Assembly (NCBI GenBank): GCA_002633005.1
Contig: NMRA01000292.1
Coordinates: 333,328-397,327, forward strand
Source of the DNA: Phoronis australis
Taxonomy: Eukaryota > Animalia > Phoronida
Direction: 5' to 3'
DNA length: 64,000 bases
The position numbers were made by a program, and so were the translations under genes. The notes beneath the pieces are model-generated. The model was not told the DNA's origin. It did no database searches and saw only the letters and a program-made list of their open reading frames with translations. This document shows positions 52,835-64,000 of this stretch, piece after piece (the stretch's first letter is position 1; every line of letters starts with the position of its first letter).

Positions 52835-53662
52835 NNNNNNNNNNNNNNNNNNNNNNNNNNNNNNNNNNNNNNNNNNNNNNNNNNNNNNNNNNNNNNNNNN
52901 NNNNNNNNNNNNNNNNNNNNNNNNNNNNNNNNNNNNNNNNNNNNNNNNNNNNNNNNNNNNNNNNNNNNNNNNNNNNNNNNNNNNNNNNNNNNNNNNNNNN
53001 NNNNNNNNNNNNNNNNNNNNNNNNNNNNNNNNNNNNNNNNNNNNNNNNNNNNNNNNNNNNNNNNNNNNNNNNNNNNNNNNNNNNNNNNNNNNNNNNNNNN
53101 NNNNNNNNNNNNNNNNNNNNNNNNNNNNNNNNNNNNNNNNNNNNNNNNNNNNNNNNNNNNNNNNNNNNNNNNNNNNNNNNNNNNNNNNNNNNNNNNNNNN
53201 NNNNNNNNNNNNNNNNNNNNNNNNNNNNNNNNNNNNNNNNNNNNNNNNNNNNNNNNNNNNNNNNNNNNNNNNNNNNNNNNNNNNNNNNNNNNNNNNNNNN
53301 NNNNNNNNNNNNNNNNNNNNNNNNNNNNNNNNNNNNNNNNNNNNNNNNNNNNNNNNNNNNNNNNNNNNNNNNNNNNNNNNNNNNNNNNNNNNNNNNNNNN
53401 NNNNNNNNNNNNNNNNNNNNNNNNNNNNNNNNNNNNNNNNNNNNNNNNNNNNNNNNNNNNNNNNNNNNNNNNNNNNNNNNNNNNNNNNNNNNNNNNNNNN
53501 NNNNNNNNNNNNNNNNNNNNNNNNNNNNNNNNNNNNNNNNNNNNNNNNNNNNNNNNNNNNNNNNNNNNNNNNNNNNNNNNNNNNNNNNNNNNNNNNNNNN
53601 NNNNNNNNNNNNNNNNNNNNNNNNNNNNNNNNNNNNNNNNNNNNNNNNNNNNNNNNNNNNNN
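52835..53662. other. Assembly gap (828 N)
   Basis: Run of N. Confidence 1.
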
Positions 53663-53754
53663 GATTTCCATCCCACGGCCAGGTGTTAGGGGAATCTTTA
53701 TTTATATTTACATTATTCAAATAATGATTGTCAATGTACAGTTTCGGCCCTGAC

Positions 53755-54000
53755 CATGCGCGCACCCAGGGGGGCTCGGGGGCTCGAACGAGCTAGGGCA
53801 AAGTGGCGAAGTGGACAAAAAGGTCCGCCTCTGGGAAACAAAAAGTCCGAGAAAATGAGACTAAAGTCCTCTAAATAAGCGCAATCGCACAGTTCACAGT
53901 GGTGCCCCGTTTTTTTTTTAGCTCACCCGCTTTTTTGTTACCAAAAGGTCCACAACGTCAGAAATTCGAGCCCCCATATTGAAGGCTGGGTGTGAGCATG
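53755..54000 (+). mobile_element. MITE with CATG termini and 5-bp TSD (hAT5-like)
   Basis: ctgac|catgcgcgcacccag...ctgggtgtgagcatg|ctgac. Confidence 0.8.
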
Positions 54001-54329
54001 CTGACGGTGCTGTGGACAAAGCGGAATCTGAATTCGCGGCCCCGACGAGTAAGTAGATTTGCAGTTTCGTGGCTAATTCACCAACATAATCACGTGCACA
54101 TTACTTTGGCTCACTAGTATAGTATTTTCCTGACTAGAAGTTTAGTTTCCAACTTTGGCTGGTTTATGTTCGTGATGTCTGATCAGTTTCCGAGCCACTG
54201 GTCGGGATAACGAGTCAATCCGGCCGGCCGCTGTTACCAATTACAACTGGAACATGAATATATTATCTAAAATAAATGCATGATGGTTTGGCGCTTTAGA
54301 AACTTAAGCTGGTTGATCATACAGCATTA

Positions 54330-54778
54330 TCGAGACTCCTGGGGTATTGCAAAATAATGCACTGATGTACAATTATTATTTGTAGGGACTCATAGGGTAC
54401 TGTAAAATAATGCACTGATGTAGGATTATTGTTTGTAGGGACTCATAGGGTACTGTAAAATAATGCACTGATATAGGATTATTATTTGTAGGGACTCATA
54501 GGGTACTGTACAATAATGCACTGGTGTATAATTATTATTTGTAGGGACTCATAGGGTACTGTACAATAAAGCACTGATGCAGGATTGTTATTTGTAGGGA
54601 CTCATAGGGTACTGTACAATAATGCACTGATGTAGGATTGTTATTTGTAGGGACTCATAGGGCACTGTACAATAATGCACTGATGCATGATTATTATTTG
54701 TAGGGACTCATAGGGTACTGTACAATAATGCACTGATATAGGATTATTATTTGTAGGGACATATAGGGTACTGTACAT
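54330..54778. repeat. 53-bp minisatellite, about 8.5 copies
   Basis: gtagggactcatagggtactgtacaataatgcactgatgtaggattattattt at 53-bp period (54382, 54435, 54488, 54541...). Confidence 0.95.
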
Positions 54779-56862
54779 CAATGAGAGACGCAAAAATGTG
54801 CCTCGGATTTTCAAAATTAGGTCACGCGCTTTCATATCTCCGGGACAAAGGAGAGTTCTACCCCCGTGTAATCTGGGATGGCCCTTTTCCATCACTTGTC
54901 TGAATCGTGTGAATAAAGTTTGTAGTACCAGTGCGGTGGTGAAAGTTATGAATGGGCTCACAACATTCATTTGCTTCCCCATAACTCCTTCTGATAATGG
55001 TAAACTTTCCAGTGAAATATGATTAAAACACATCGTTGAGAATCTGTTGCTGTGGTACGCTTGCTGCTAGTTGCACTTGTGGGGCTTCGCAACGGTAGCT
55101 ATCTTACGATAGGCGTGGCCGAACTGCGTTTCTCGCGACTAACCATTGTGACGTAGCAAGTAAACACCGCTACGCTACCTGTTGGTGTCCGCGTTTGAAC
55201 GTGTACAACAGGGTCTGAACTCCTCCCATAGGGGAATGTAAATTATGTTGTTATTGCCAATTTGTTTACGTTATTCAGTGGCCTAGTATGTGATTCATCA
55301 CAGCTTGCTATAATAAACTTTTTGGTCACAAACTTAATACTCTTCTCATCTTATATCTGAACTATGGTGGCGGTTCACAACATTTTGGAATTGTGGATCG
55401 ATTTTAATTGTCAAATCACATTTGTTGGTGGTTTCAGTTTGTTATTCCTTTTCTTGCAATTGATTTTTAGTTGAAAACATCACAATAAATATTATAGATT
55501 CCTGCATAACAATGTCAGAAAGTACGCGACGAAATACAGTATCAACTGCATGGAAATCACAAAATAATTAAAGATACACACCTGCGCTTAACGGTCATTA
55601 TCTGAAAGCATGTAGACCATAAAGACTGCCAGCTGAATAGAAAACCTTTCTAAAACTAGACACTTTTCAATTCTGCACGACAATCATTTCCAGACGCCTG
55701 AAGGAGACAATGTGAACCGTTTATGTCCGTAACTAATTGTTGAACACAACATCACGTGGTATTTGTTTTGTACAGCATTTCCTGGTGTTATCGCGGAATA
55801 CACAGCGACACTCATATCTAGCTGTATTTACCCACAATGTCGTAAACATCCGTCAGGCACATGATTTGCTGCCTCGTTTTCGTGCCAGTGGAGTTTCACA
55901 CGTTATTCGTTGTTGTCTGATTTTTAACAAGTTTTTCTCGGTAGCATTACTCTATTCGTCCTTCCAATGCCAACGAAGTATTACTGCTGGGCTGTGGGCT
56001 GCAACTCCGACGTCACAAAGTTTGAAAAGCTGAACAAAGAGCCGTGTGGTTGCGTGATCTGAAATTCTTCGCTTGCCCGAGACCAATGAAAGACACTGAT
56101 TTTCAAAACGAGGTCACGCGCTTTCTTATCTCCGGGACAAAGGAGAGTTCTATCGCCGCGTAATCCGGGACGCCCTCATTCTTTGTTGCGAATAAACACC
56201 GGCTTGTCTTGTATGATTCTGTCAAAATCCAGAATTCACCCTTACATGTATTTTTGCTTAGCAACAATTTGAGACCAATTTCCTTCCTAAAACGTGAAAG
56301 GGTTTATAACCGTTTTAAATCAAAACACTCTGTGGAACGGGATATTTCAAGCGCTCAAGTACAAACGCAACCCACTAAAACAAGCAAGTTGGAAAGCAAT
56401 CACATTACAACGCCGTACATTTGCATGACTAGACAACATATGAAATTTCTCAAGTTCAATGTTTGCTACAGAACACTGGCAGATCTGGGATGTCGTAAGA
56501 GAGGTCCAACCATAATTTTCGAAGGAAAATGTCCCTACAAGCCCCTAAAACCGGCATCCTGACGGCTTTTCTTTTTGGACATGCCTGTAGGGGGTGGACT
56601 CCTTGGCCCTTCCCTAAATTCGCCTCACAACCATCTAAAACTTATTACGCACTCTAATGTTGCCTGATTTCTTCGCCGCTTACCGGCATTTGTTTGATAT
56701 GTTTTTAAACTTTGATGTTCTGCCATTATCTGCTCACTTTGGTTAGGAAGGCAACGGGTTTATGGCTGCTGCTTCAGCCAGTATAACAGGATAGTCCCAG
56801 ATTACAAAGTGACACTCGAACCTTGCTGTATTCACCCACAATGTTGCGATGTCTTAGTATCA

Positions 56863-58403
56863 TTTTTATGCGCCCACATATTTATATGTGGACGCATTAT
56901 GCCGTCATCTCTGTCCGTCCGTCCGTCCGTCCGGGCGGCGTCCGTCCGGCGTCCGGCGTCCGCTGCTCTATCTCCAGAACCCTTTGACATACGTTCATGA
57001 AATTTGGCACATATGTTCCATTCATGGAAGGGACGGCATGTGCGAACTTTCGGACGGATCCGACTACCGGTGTGCCCCTAGTGGCAATTTTAGTTTTTTA
57101 CGCTTACCTTTGTATCTTCAAAAGTCCTGAACGGATTTTCATGAAATTTGGTATGTAGGCACCTAGTAGTGAGGTGACGCTATCCTGCCGTTTTCAGATG
57201 GATTCGACATAGTTTGCGCCACCTAGTGGTCATTTTTAGTGTTTTCGAGTCTGTTTTTGTGCGTCCACCCCTCTATCAATCAAACCGCTCAAAGGATGAT
57301 TGTGAAAATTGGCATGTATATGCTTACTATGTAGAGGACGGTTGACGATGATTTTCCGACGATTTCGACTACTGTGGCGCCTCCTAGTGGCAGTTTTGTT
57401 TTTTTGCGCCTATGGCTGTATCTCCTAAACCGTTCGCAGGATCTTTACAAATTGTGTAAGTATATTTATATGATGTTAACAACGGAAGATGACGACTTTT
57501 GGTCGGATCCGACTACCGGTGTGCCCCCTAGTGGCAATTTTAGTTTTTTACGCTTACCTTTGTATCTTCAAAAGTATTGAACGGATTTTCATGAAATTTG
57601 GTATGTAGGCACCTATTAGTGAGATGACGCTATCCTACTGTTTTCAGATGGATTCGACGTAGTTTGCGCCACCTAGTGGCCATTTTTACTGTTTTCGAGT
57701 CTGTATTTTTGCGTCCACCCCTCTATCAACCAAACCGCTCAAAGGATGATTGTGAAAATTGGCGTGTATGTGCTTACTATAAGGAAGACAGCTGACAATG
57801 ATTTTCAGATGATTTGGACTACTGTGGCGCCTCCTAGTGGTAGTTTTTTTTTTTTTTGCGCCCATGGCTGTATCTCCCAAACCGTTTGCAGGATCTTTAC
57901 TAAATTTAGCAAGTGTATTTATGTGATGTTGACAACGGACGATGACGACTTTAGGATGATTCTGACTACCGGTATTCCTCTAGTGGCAATTTTAGTATTT
58001 GCCTCTAGTGGCAATTTTAGTATTTTACATTGACCTCTGTATTTTCTTCAGGTGTGTACTTTGTGTTACTTCGTGACTATGAAGGAAAAGTTCCAAGTAG
58101 AAATTTGTTTCTGGCATTCTAATGCTGTGCTAATCTCGTATGTTGGTAAATTTGTTTTTAATTCTATGTTTCTGTGGTGCATTAAGCAACTGGTGTATAG
58201 GATGTGCTTGTATTATGAAGATTACTCACATTTTGCCCCTAGCCTATTGAGGAGACAAGGACCATGCCTTTCCATTTTGCAAAGTACAACATACTACATA
58301 TATGCCCTCTACTGGCCACTTTATGGTACCAATAAACAACCCTAGAAGGATACCGTATGCGGTGCAATTGTGGGCGCATTTCAACGCTCTGCGTTGCTCT
58401 TGT
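56863..58403 (+). mobile_element. Helentron-associated interspersed element (HINE/DINE-like) with internal satellite
   Basis: T-run; subTIR atgcgcccaca plus nearby inverted copy; (gtcc)n; ~450-bp tandem core; 3' tgtgggcgcat and stem-loop caacgctctgcgttg. Confidence 0.85.
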
Positions 58404-59002
58404 CAAGTTTGTTGGCTGCCAACGAAGAATTATTGTTGTACGTTGTACTGTGGGCTACAACTCCAACGGGAGAAAGTTGAATTAACTTGACAAACCCGTG
58501 GATGCGTGATGTAAAGTAATTGCCTTACCGACACCAATCAAAGGACAAGACAGTTCGGAGTGAGTGGATAAAATAAATTCGTCGACTTAATTCTGAACCG
58601 AACAGAATCCCCATATTTCTTGAATTTACCTTTATTCAAGTCTGGTACTTTGGAACAATTGAAATCAGGAATATTTCAAAGGCATTCCAAAGCGAGACAA
58701 ATCAAAACAACAAGCTTTCTAACCTCCGCGACAAAGGAGAGTTCTCTCGCTGCGTAATCCAGGAACGGCCCTATTGGTCAAATCACGAATAGCGACATCC
58801 GAAAAGGGATATTCCACGGCTAGCTAGCCGACACTTAATCATAACAGAAGATATACTGCAATTTAGCCAGTCAGAGGACAGAAGTATTAGTGGTTGTGTA
58901 ATAATAAGGCCTTCTATACCGTACGAGCAATAGACAACTCTGAATTAGGCGCTGAAGCGGGATATACGGATGTACATTTTGTCACGACACCTTTTTGCTT
59001 AC

Positions 59003-59240
59003 CTGATCTCTCGAAAGCCAAATGGTTACACGTGAATTTGCCATTTTCTGGGTTGTACTTCACTAAACTTTCTCCGTCCAAGAAGTTAGTCAGCGAGCAG
59101 TTTCCGATCGCACCATCTGTGATATAGTATCGAATGTTGACGGGGTTCCCGTACAATGAAATAAAACCTTGCGACGGCCTAGTTAATGCACCCAAGGAGG
59201 GTGAGGTGGAGTTCGACGTTGTCAAAATTCCTTCGTCTTG
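59003..59240 (-). CDS. Gene B exon homologous to A exon 15
   Basis: tttcag| QDEGILTTSNS...GALTRPS...NIRYYIT; G|GTAAGC phase 1. Confidence 0.85.
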
Positions 59241-60888
59241 CTGAAATCGAAACAAAATTATATGTACAAAAAAATATGGTTATCGTGAAGCATGAATATG
59301 AAAACAAAAGTGGATTGTCTGAATACTTTTTGCCATGTGACTGTGACATTTGATTTCTTGTTATCTAGTTTTCGGACAGGACATGCATCACGTCGGAGCT
59401 GCAGTGAAGTTTCTGTGTTTTTTATTTATTTACGCCACGCAGTTGCAAATGCGCAATTTTGAACAGGTGCCAAGGATAGCATTCTCACTACATGTAATTA
59501 CAACAACAGTGTTTTATTCTCTAACACCATTTACGAAACCGCTTCTAAACAGTTTTAAAGTTGCCAATTTTTACATGGGTAACATGAAATGTCATATGTA
59601 CAAAGGGTTGTGGTATACCGGTCATTCAAAGTAGTACGGTCAGTACACCTATACTTTGATATCTAGAGAAATCATTTTACAGCAGAATTTCAAGCAGTAA
59701 GAAGTTCCATTCATCACAGAAACGAAAAAGAGGTAGCGTCCATCCGATATCGACTGCCATCTTACTGAGCAGACGAGCACCTACTTTATGCGACACTTTC
59801 TTGATTCTGGATTGGTTGACTGGAATGCCATAAATTGATGGTTTGGGATGCGCACGCATACATTTTTGCTATCCCTAAAAACGTCTTGATGCTGTGCATC
59901 AACGTAAACAAGTTTTCATTAACACAATACAACAGTTTACAAAGATACCTTATATATTGATAATTATTCTAGAAATTTCGAGTCTACAAATTCTGCCTTC
60001 ATTGTCCAAAATGCAAACAAACAAAGAATATGCTAACTATTATAACAACGAAACTTCTCCGTTTATTCACGTCCACTTGTTGGTGTGAGGTCATAATGTG
60101 AATTAAAAAACTTATCGGATAGAACAAATACACATTCAGTTGAGAAATCGAAGCATTTTTATAACAAGGGACTTACCGCTATACAATTGATCCTTACTCT
60201 GATGGGAAGCGCGTTCTGAGTTTGCAAAGAAGAGACAGATCATTATTCCTTTCACAACGTGACCTCAACTTTCGTTTGCTTTGTCTTAAGAAATAACGAT
60301 CTGTCACGTCTTCCCGAACCCAGATATAATTTCTAAACCGTGTCAGGAACAAGATACGGCCAATGTGATAGCAATTAATGGCCTAGTTCAAATTTGTTTT
60401 TTACAGAAAGCACGATCTCGAGCGTTTCGAGAACGTTTTCGATGTGAGCGCCTGCAGCAGGGGTGCGTTCTGTGGACGCAAGCATCTCGCGAAAAAGTAA
60501 GATCAAACAAGTTCCCACAAAATCACGCGAGTGGAAGGCGAGTGGTTTGTGATCATGCTCAGACCTTACGTTTAGTCCTAAGATTTCTCCTTCTCGAGTG
60601 TGTCGTTAGTACTAGTTCAGTGCGCACCTGATCACGTTGGACCGTAATCTTGCTATAGTGCCGATACCAAACAGCACAAAGAGGTTTTCTATACGAAGGA
60701 GGAAATACTGAGCCACATGTTTAACTAATAGATAAATAAACTTCGTGAGGGATTTTTGCGTATTAAGTGTTGTGTGTGAATGCTAATTTGACCTCTCATC
60801 GGCGAGCAATAAGACTAATCACTGCCATGTGACTTATCGCCATTGCATTACGAAAGTTTTCATTGCAATGCAGAGGCTCTATACTTAC

Positions 60889-62010
60889 CTTTAAATACGG
60901 CACACATTGAGACAAGATGCTTCGGCCCTCGGTGTTATTTGTTTCCAACTCAAAAAGTGGAAAAGTGTTTTGACATTCCGTAGTAAGCAAAGAACTTCCG
61001 AGATATGATGACCATACTCCGTACGTAACACCGTCGGCATCAATGCGATAAAGAAAGGGATCACCTTTTGAGACCACTCGCAAGTGATTGTCCAGAAAAC
61101 TGAGGATCGAATAGTCGATCAAACTTGGTCGAGTCGTGCCAAGCAGCTTCTCAGTAGACCACTTACTTGAAACCACACTCATGCCTAACATCCACGCAGT
61201 ACTTGTAGTCATTTCACAGTAGATCGGCGTAACAATGTTACTTATATTGAGTAAAAACCACCCGCTCACAGATTCTGGTTGTTGGAGCAGCATCTCTGCA
61301 CAAGAATGGGTCCCTCTGGTCTCGTTGCATGTTACCTTTATGTACTCGTACGCATCATCATCGACTTCGTAGGCTGTCCCATTTTCGTTATAGGTAGCAA
61401 AATTCAAAACGCATATATGACTGGTTTGCGAGTAACTAACCGAAATACAAGTGGCCACACTTTCACACTCCACCTTACAATTGCTCAGAGATGCAACATC
61501 CATGATAGTTTGGTTGAATAGATTGTTAAGAAGAACACCAGATTTTAAATCAAACCAAATTTTGGTACAAGGCAAACATTGTCTTTCGTGTTTGGCAACG
61601 ATCAAGTTATCAAGAGTCCAGTTGCGTCCGTGGTACGATTTCATTTTCAAATAACAGTCATCGTTCGTCTCGTCGTAATACATTTCGTAACAGTACCAGT
61701 CTTTGTCACACTCTATTGTGCATTGATCGACGCTTACGTTTTTGAATTTCTTGAAACTATTCCCAGTGATGTTAGTATGCACCCCTGTTTGGATCAATAT
61801 ATCTACTCCTTGACATTCCCTATGGAAAACGGCAACAAAGCCGCGCGCTTCGTTGCTGTCGTCTGAACCGAAAGTCACGTGCATTTGATTTCCACTTGAA
61901 CGTATCGGATCTACTTTTATTGCGCCGCATAACCTTGAAGTAAGATTCGAGTATTGCAAAGGGTCGGAGGCCTGAAGGAAGTCACCTGCGCACGCACCAA
62001 TCCCGTCGAT
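60889..62010 (-). CDS. Gene B (tandem paralog) exon homologous to A exon 14: CUB end, PAN x2, fibrinogen-like N-part
   Basis: Open 374-codon exon, ttccag| and AAG|GTAAGT, colinear with A exon 14 (LCG, DYSIL, SQCVPYLK). Confidence 0.9.
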
Positions 62011-62969
62011 CTGGAACAATTATCCACGTAATGTTTACCGTGAATGGTAGAATATATTCTTGCAAACTGATAAAAATCAATTATTGCTCGTTTTTGTATT
62101 AAGCTGTGAAGTCAAAACCTCAGAAAATTTCATAAAGCCATCATATGTCAACACAAAATCTTTATTTATGAGGGGATTCCACAGCGTGACATCAAACACT
62201 TGAAATTGGCTTTGTTAAATTTTATGGGTTATCAGCTCCCTATTATATGAAGAACACTTTGCTTGACACTGTTTTGCGAGTGGTAGCAGTGGATATTCCT
62301 AAAGTATAAGCTTTTTCAATGAAAGCAAAAGATTTACTTGAGCAAATCTTGCAAATTTAGCGTATGACAAACTTGAATACGTAATACTAAAATGGTTCCA
62401 CGAATGTTGACTTTTGACAGCCAGTCACCAGTTTGGGGAGACTGGTTCGCCAATCAGTTGGCTCACCTAGAACTGTCAAACATTAAGTCGTTCAAACCGA
62501 CGACAGTGCGTGATTCCCGCTTGAAAGTATTTCGGTAAAGAGGCAATTTACGAGAGAGAGGTAAGCAGAAAAAATATCAAAAGCAGAAATTGTCGCTTGG
62601 CTTTGATTTCGATGATCATACCTTGTCCGTCTGAAAATACAACACGTGGTTACATATGAAGATATTCTGACCGGACCTAAGAACACAGTAGTTTGGGCTT
62701 ACGAAGTAAATGTTTTACCTACCGTTATGCTGTCAAAAGTTAGCACCACTCTGTATGGTTTGGGCACTGTTATATTCCATGTGCAGTCCGAATTTGACTT
62801 GTAGTTTTCTGAAACAATGCCATGATAGTTTGATTATCTCATGTAGAACTTCACTATTCCTTTGACTAACTCCCGTTACTTTCTTAACTTGACTTTTCAA
62901 GGACTTCCAGAAATCGAAAGTCTGCGGAAAACCACCGACGTGCAAAGACACCATCCTGTGGATCATATC

Positions 62970-63226
62970 GTCACATGGGCTCGAACGAGCCACCCAATTT
63001 GGCGAATTGGGCAAAAAGGTCCGCCTCAGCGAAACAAAAATTCCAAGTAAACGAGACAAAAGTCCACAAAGTCCACAGGAATTCTGCGCGGATGCACAAT
63101 TCGTAGGCCTGAACCTAGTGGCTCGCTTTTTTGTTTTTTCTTTAGCCCTCGTTGTCTTTTGTCAGTAAAAGGTCAATATACCAAAAAATTCGAGCCCCCC
63201 AATATTTTAGTCTGGGTGCGCGCATG
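62970..63226 (+). mobile_element. Second copy of the CATG-ended MITE (left end decayed)
   Basis: gggctcgaacgagc...aaaaggtccgcctc...ttcgagccccc...ctgggtgcgcgcatg. Confidence 0.7.
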
Positions 63227-63762
63227 CGCCACCTGGTTGTAATACAACTACTGGCAGCCTGTTGTGCACCGATATTTCCGCAAATGTCCAGGCATGGACA
63301 GGTGCAAGGGCAAATGTGTTTCAATGCTTCTATGTTGTTATAATTTGTAATAACATATACTCAAAAGCAACTCGTTCGGTGTCAATGTCATGATTGAATG
63401 TAAGATTGAAATAGCACGTTATTATTTGCATTCGTTTGAAATAAGCTATCATGAGTGTACAGTTTTTAAAGAGCGAGGCGTACGTGACTTTTTTGGCGAG
63501 AAATGTTAAGGAAGCAAAAAGTGACGTCACAACTCGTTACACTGGACGTCACTATCCTACCCTAAGACTAAAATGTGCGAAACCCAGTTTCGTTCGAGTA
63601 TACATCCTCTGTCATTCCATACAATGTGCATATGAGGAATCGCTTTAACTTTTTTAAAGTACTTTATTAACAGGATACTAAACCCTTTTTCAAAGATTGC
63701 CCAGAACTTGTTGTGTCACCTGCCATTATGTGATGCAATTAAAACTTGAAAGACACGAACGT

Positions 63763-63958
63763 TTTTTTGCAGAGCCGCAGTAGTCGCTTTCACATTCTCA
63801 TTCATTCTCTTGCATACATTCACAAGCAAGACCGAGCTCAGATGAGTAGGAGACACCTTTGTGCAATGCTCGATTCTTTGGTAAGCCTGTGAAGCCGGGA
63901 TTCGAACCCAGGTCTCCCAAACAGGAGTCCAGAGCTCAAACCACTGTGTAACACTGCG
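63763..63958 (-). mobile_element. tRNA-derived SINE
   Basis: Minus strand: A-box-like tgttacacagtgg, B box ggttcgaatcc, non-tRNA body and short A tail. Confidence 0.65.
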
Positions 63959-64000
63959 CTGTGAACGACCGTCAAAGATACAGAGAGCTCGAATTTCTTT

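Noticed and set aside
52742-53765. Long ORFs of about 300 aa
   Set aside because: Artefacts of the N gap.
54330-54778. CRISPR array or the 130-aa ORF across it
   Set aside because: Head-to-tail minisatellite without spacers; the ORF is a by-product.
60177-60215. 39-nt phase-0 mini-exon candidate (NALPIRVRINCIA) in gene B
   Set aside because: Good splice signals, but gene A has no counterpart and the flanking exons align without it; needs RNA evidence.
62467-62630. Candidate upstream CUB exon of gene B
   Set aside because: Splice-like sites are present but no frame resembles gene A exon 13.
63890-63958. Functional tRNA gene
   Set aside because: Has A/B boxes but no convincing cloverleaf, and it continues into a SINE body.

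Overview
Intron- and repeat-rich eukaryotic DNA, most likely from a marine invertebrate (SRCR genes; CR1, RTEX, Penelope, Kolobok, Ginger and Helentron repeat types). The species cannot be determined from sequence alone. The main feature is a complete 16-exon minus-strand gene (CDS 32926->2078) assembled by hand. All introns are GT-AG and all phases are consistent, giving 4368 nt including stop (1455 aa). It encodes a predicted secreted mosaic protein: signal peptide - 7 divergent SRCR - CUB - PAN - PAN - fibrinogen/intelectin-like domain - EGF-like - PAN, with no transmembrane or ZP domain. The last three exons of a diverged tandem paralog (62010->51060) lie upstream; its 5' exons are not identified in the window. 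The paralogs share a 104-bp near-identical island in PAN1. Introns and the intergenic region hold decayed mobile DNA: three THAP-bearing Kolobok-like elements, a CR1-type LINE with a 2A (StopGo) motif, an RTEX-like LINE tail, Penelope remnants with hammerhead-ribozyme motifs, a Ginger-like integrase fossil, Helentron-type HINEs, MITEs, tRNA-SINEs and minisatellites. There is an 828-N gap at 52835-53662. No prokaryotic systems, rRNA or CRISPR were found. All family calls are from motif recognition, not database searches.
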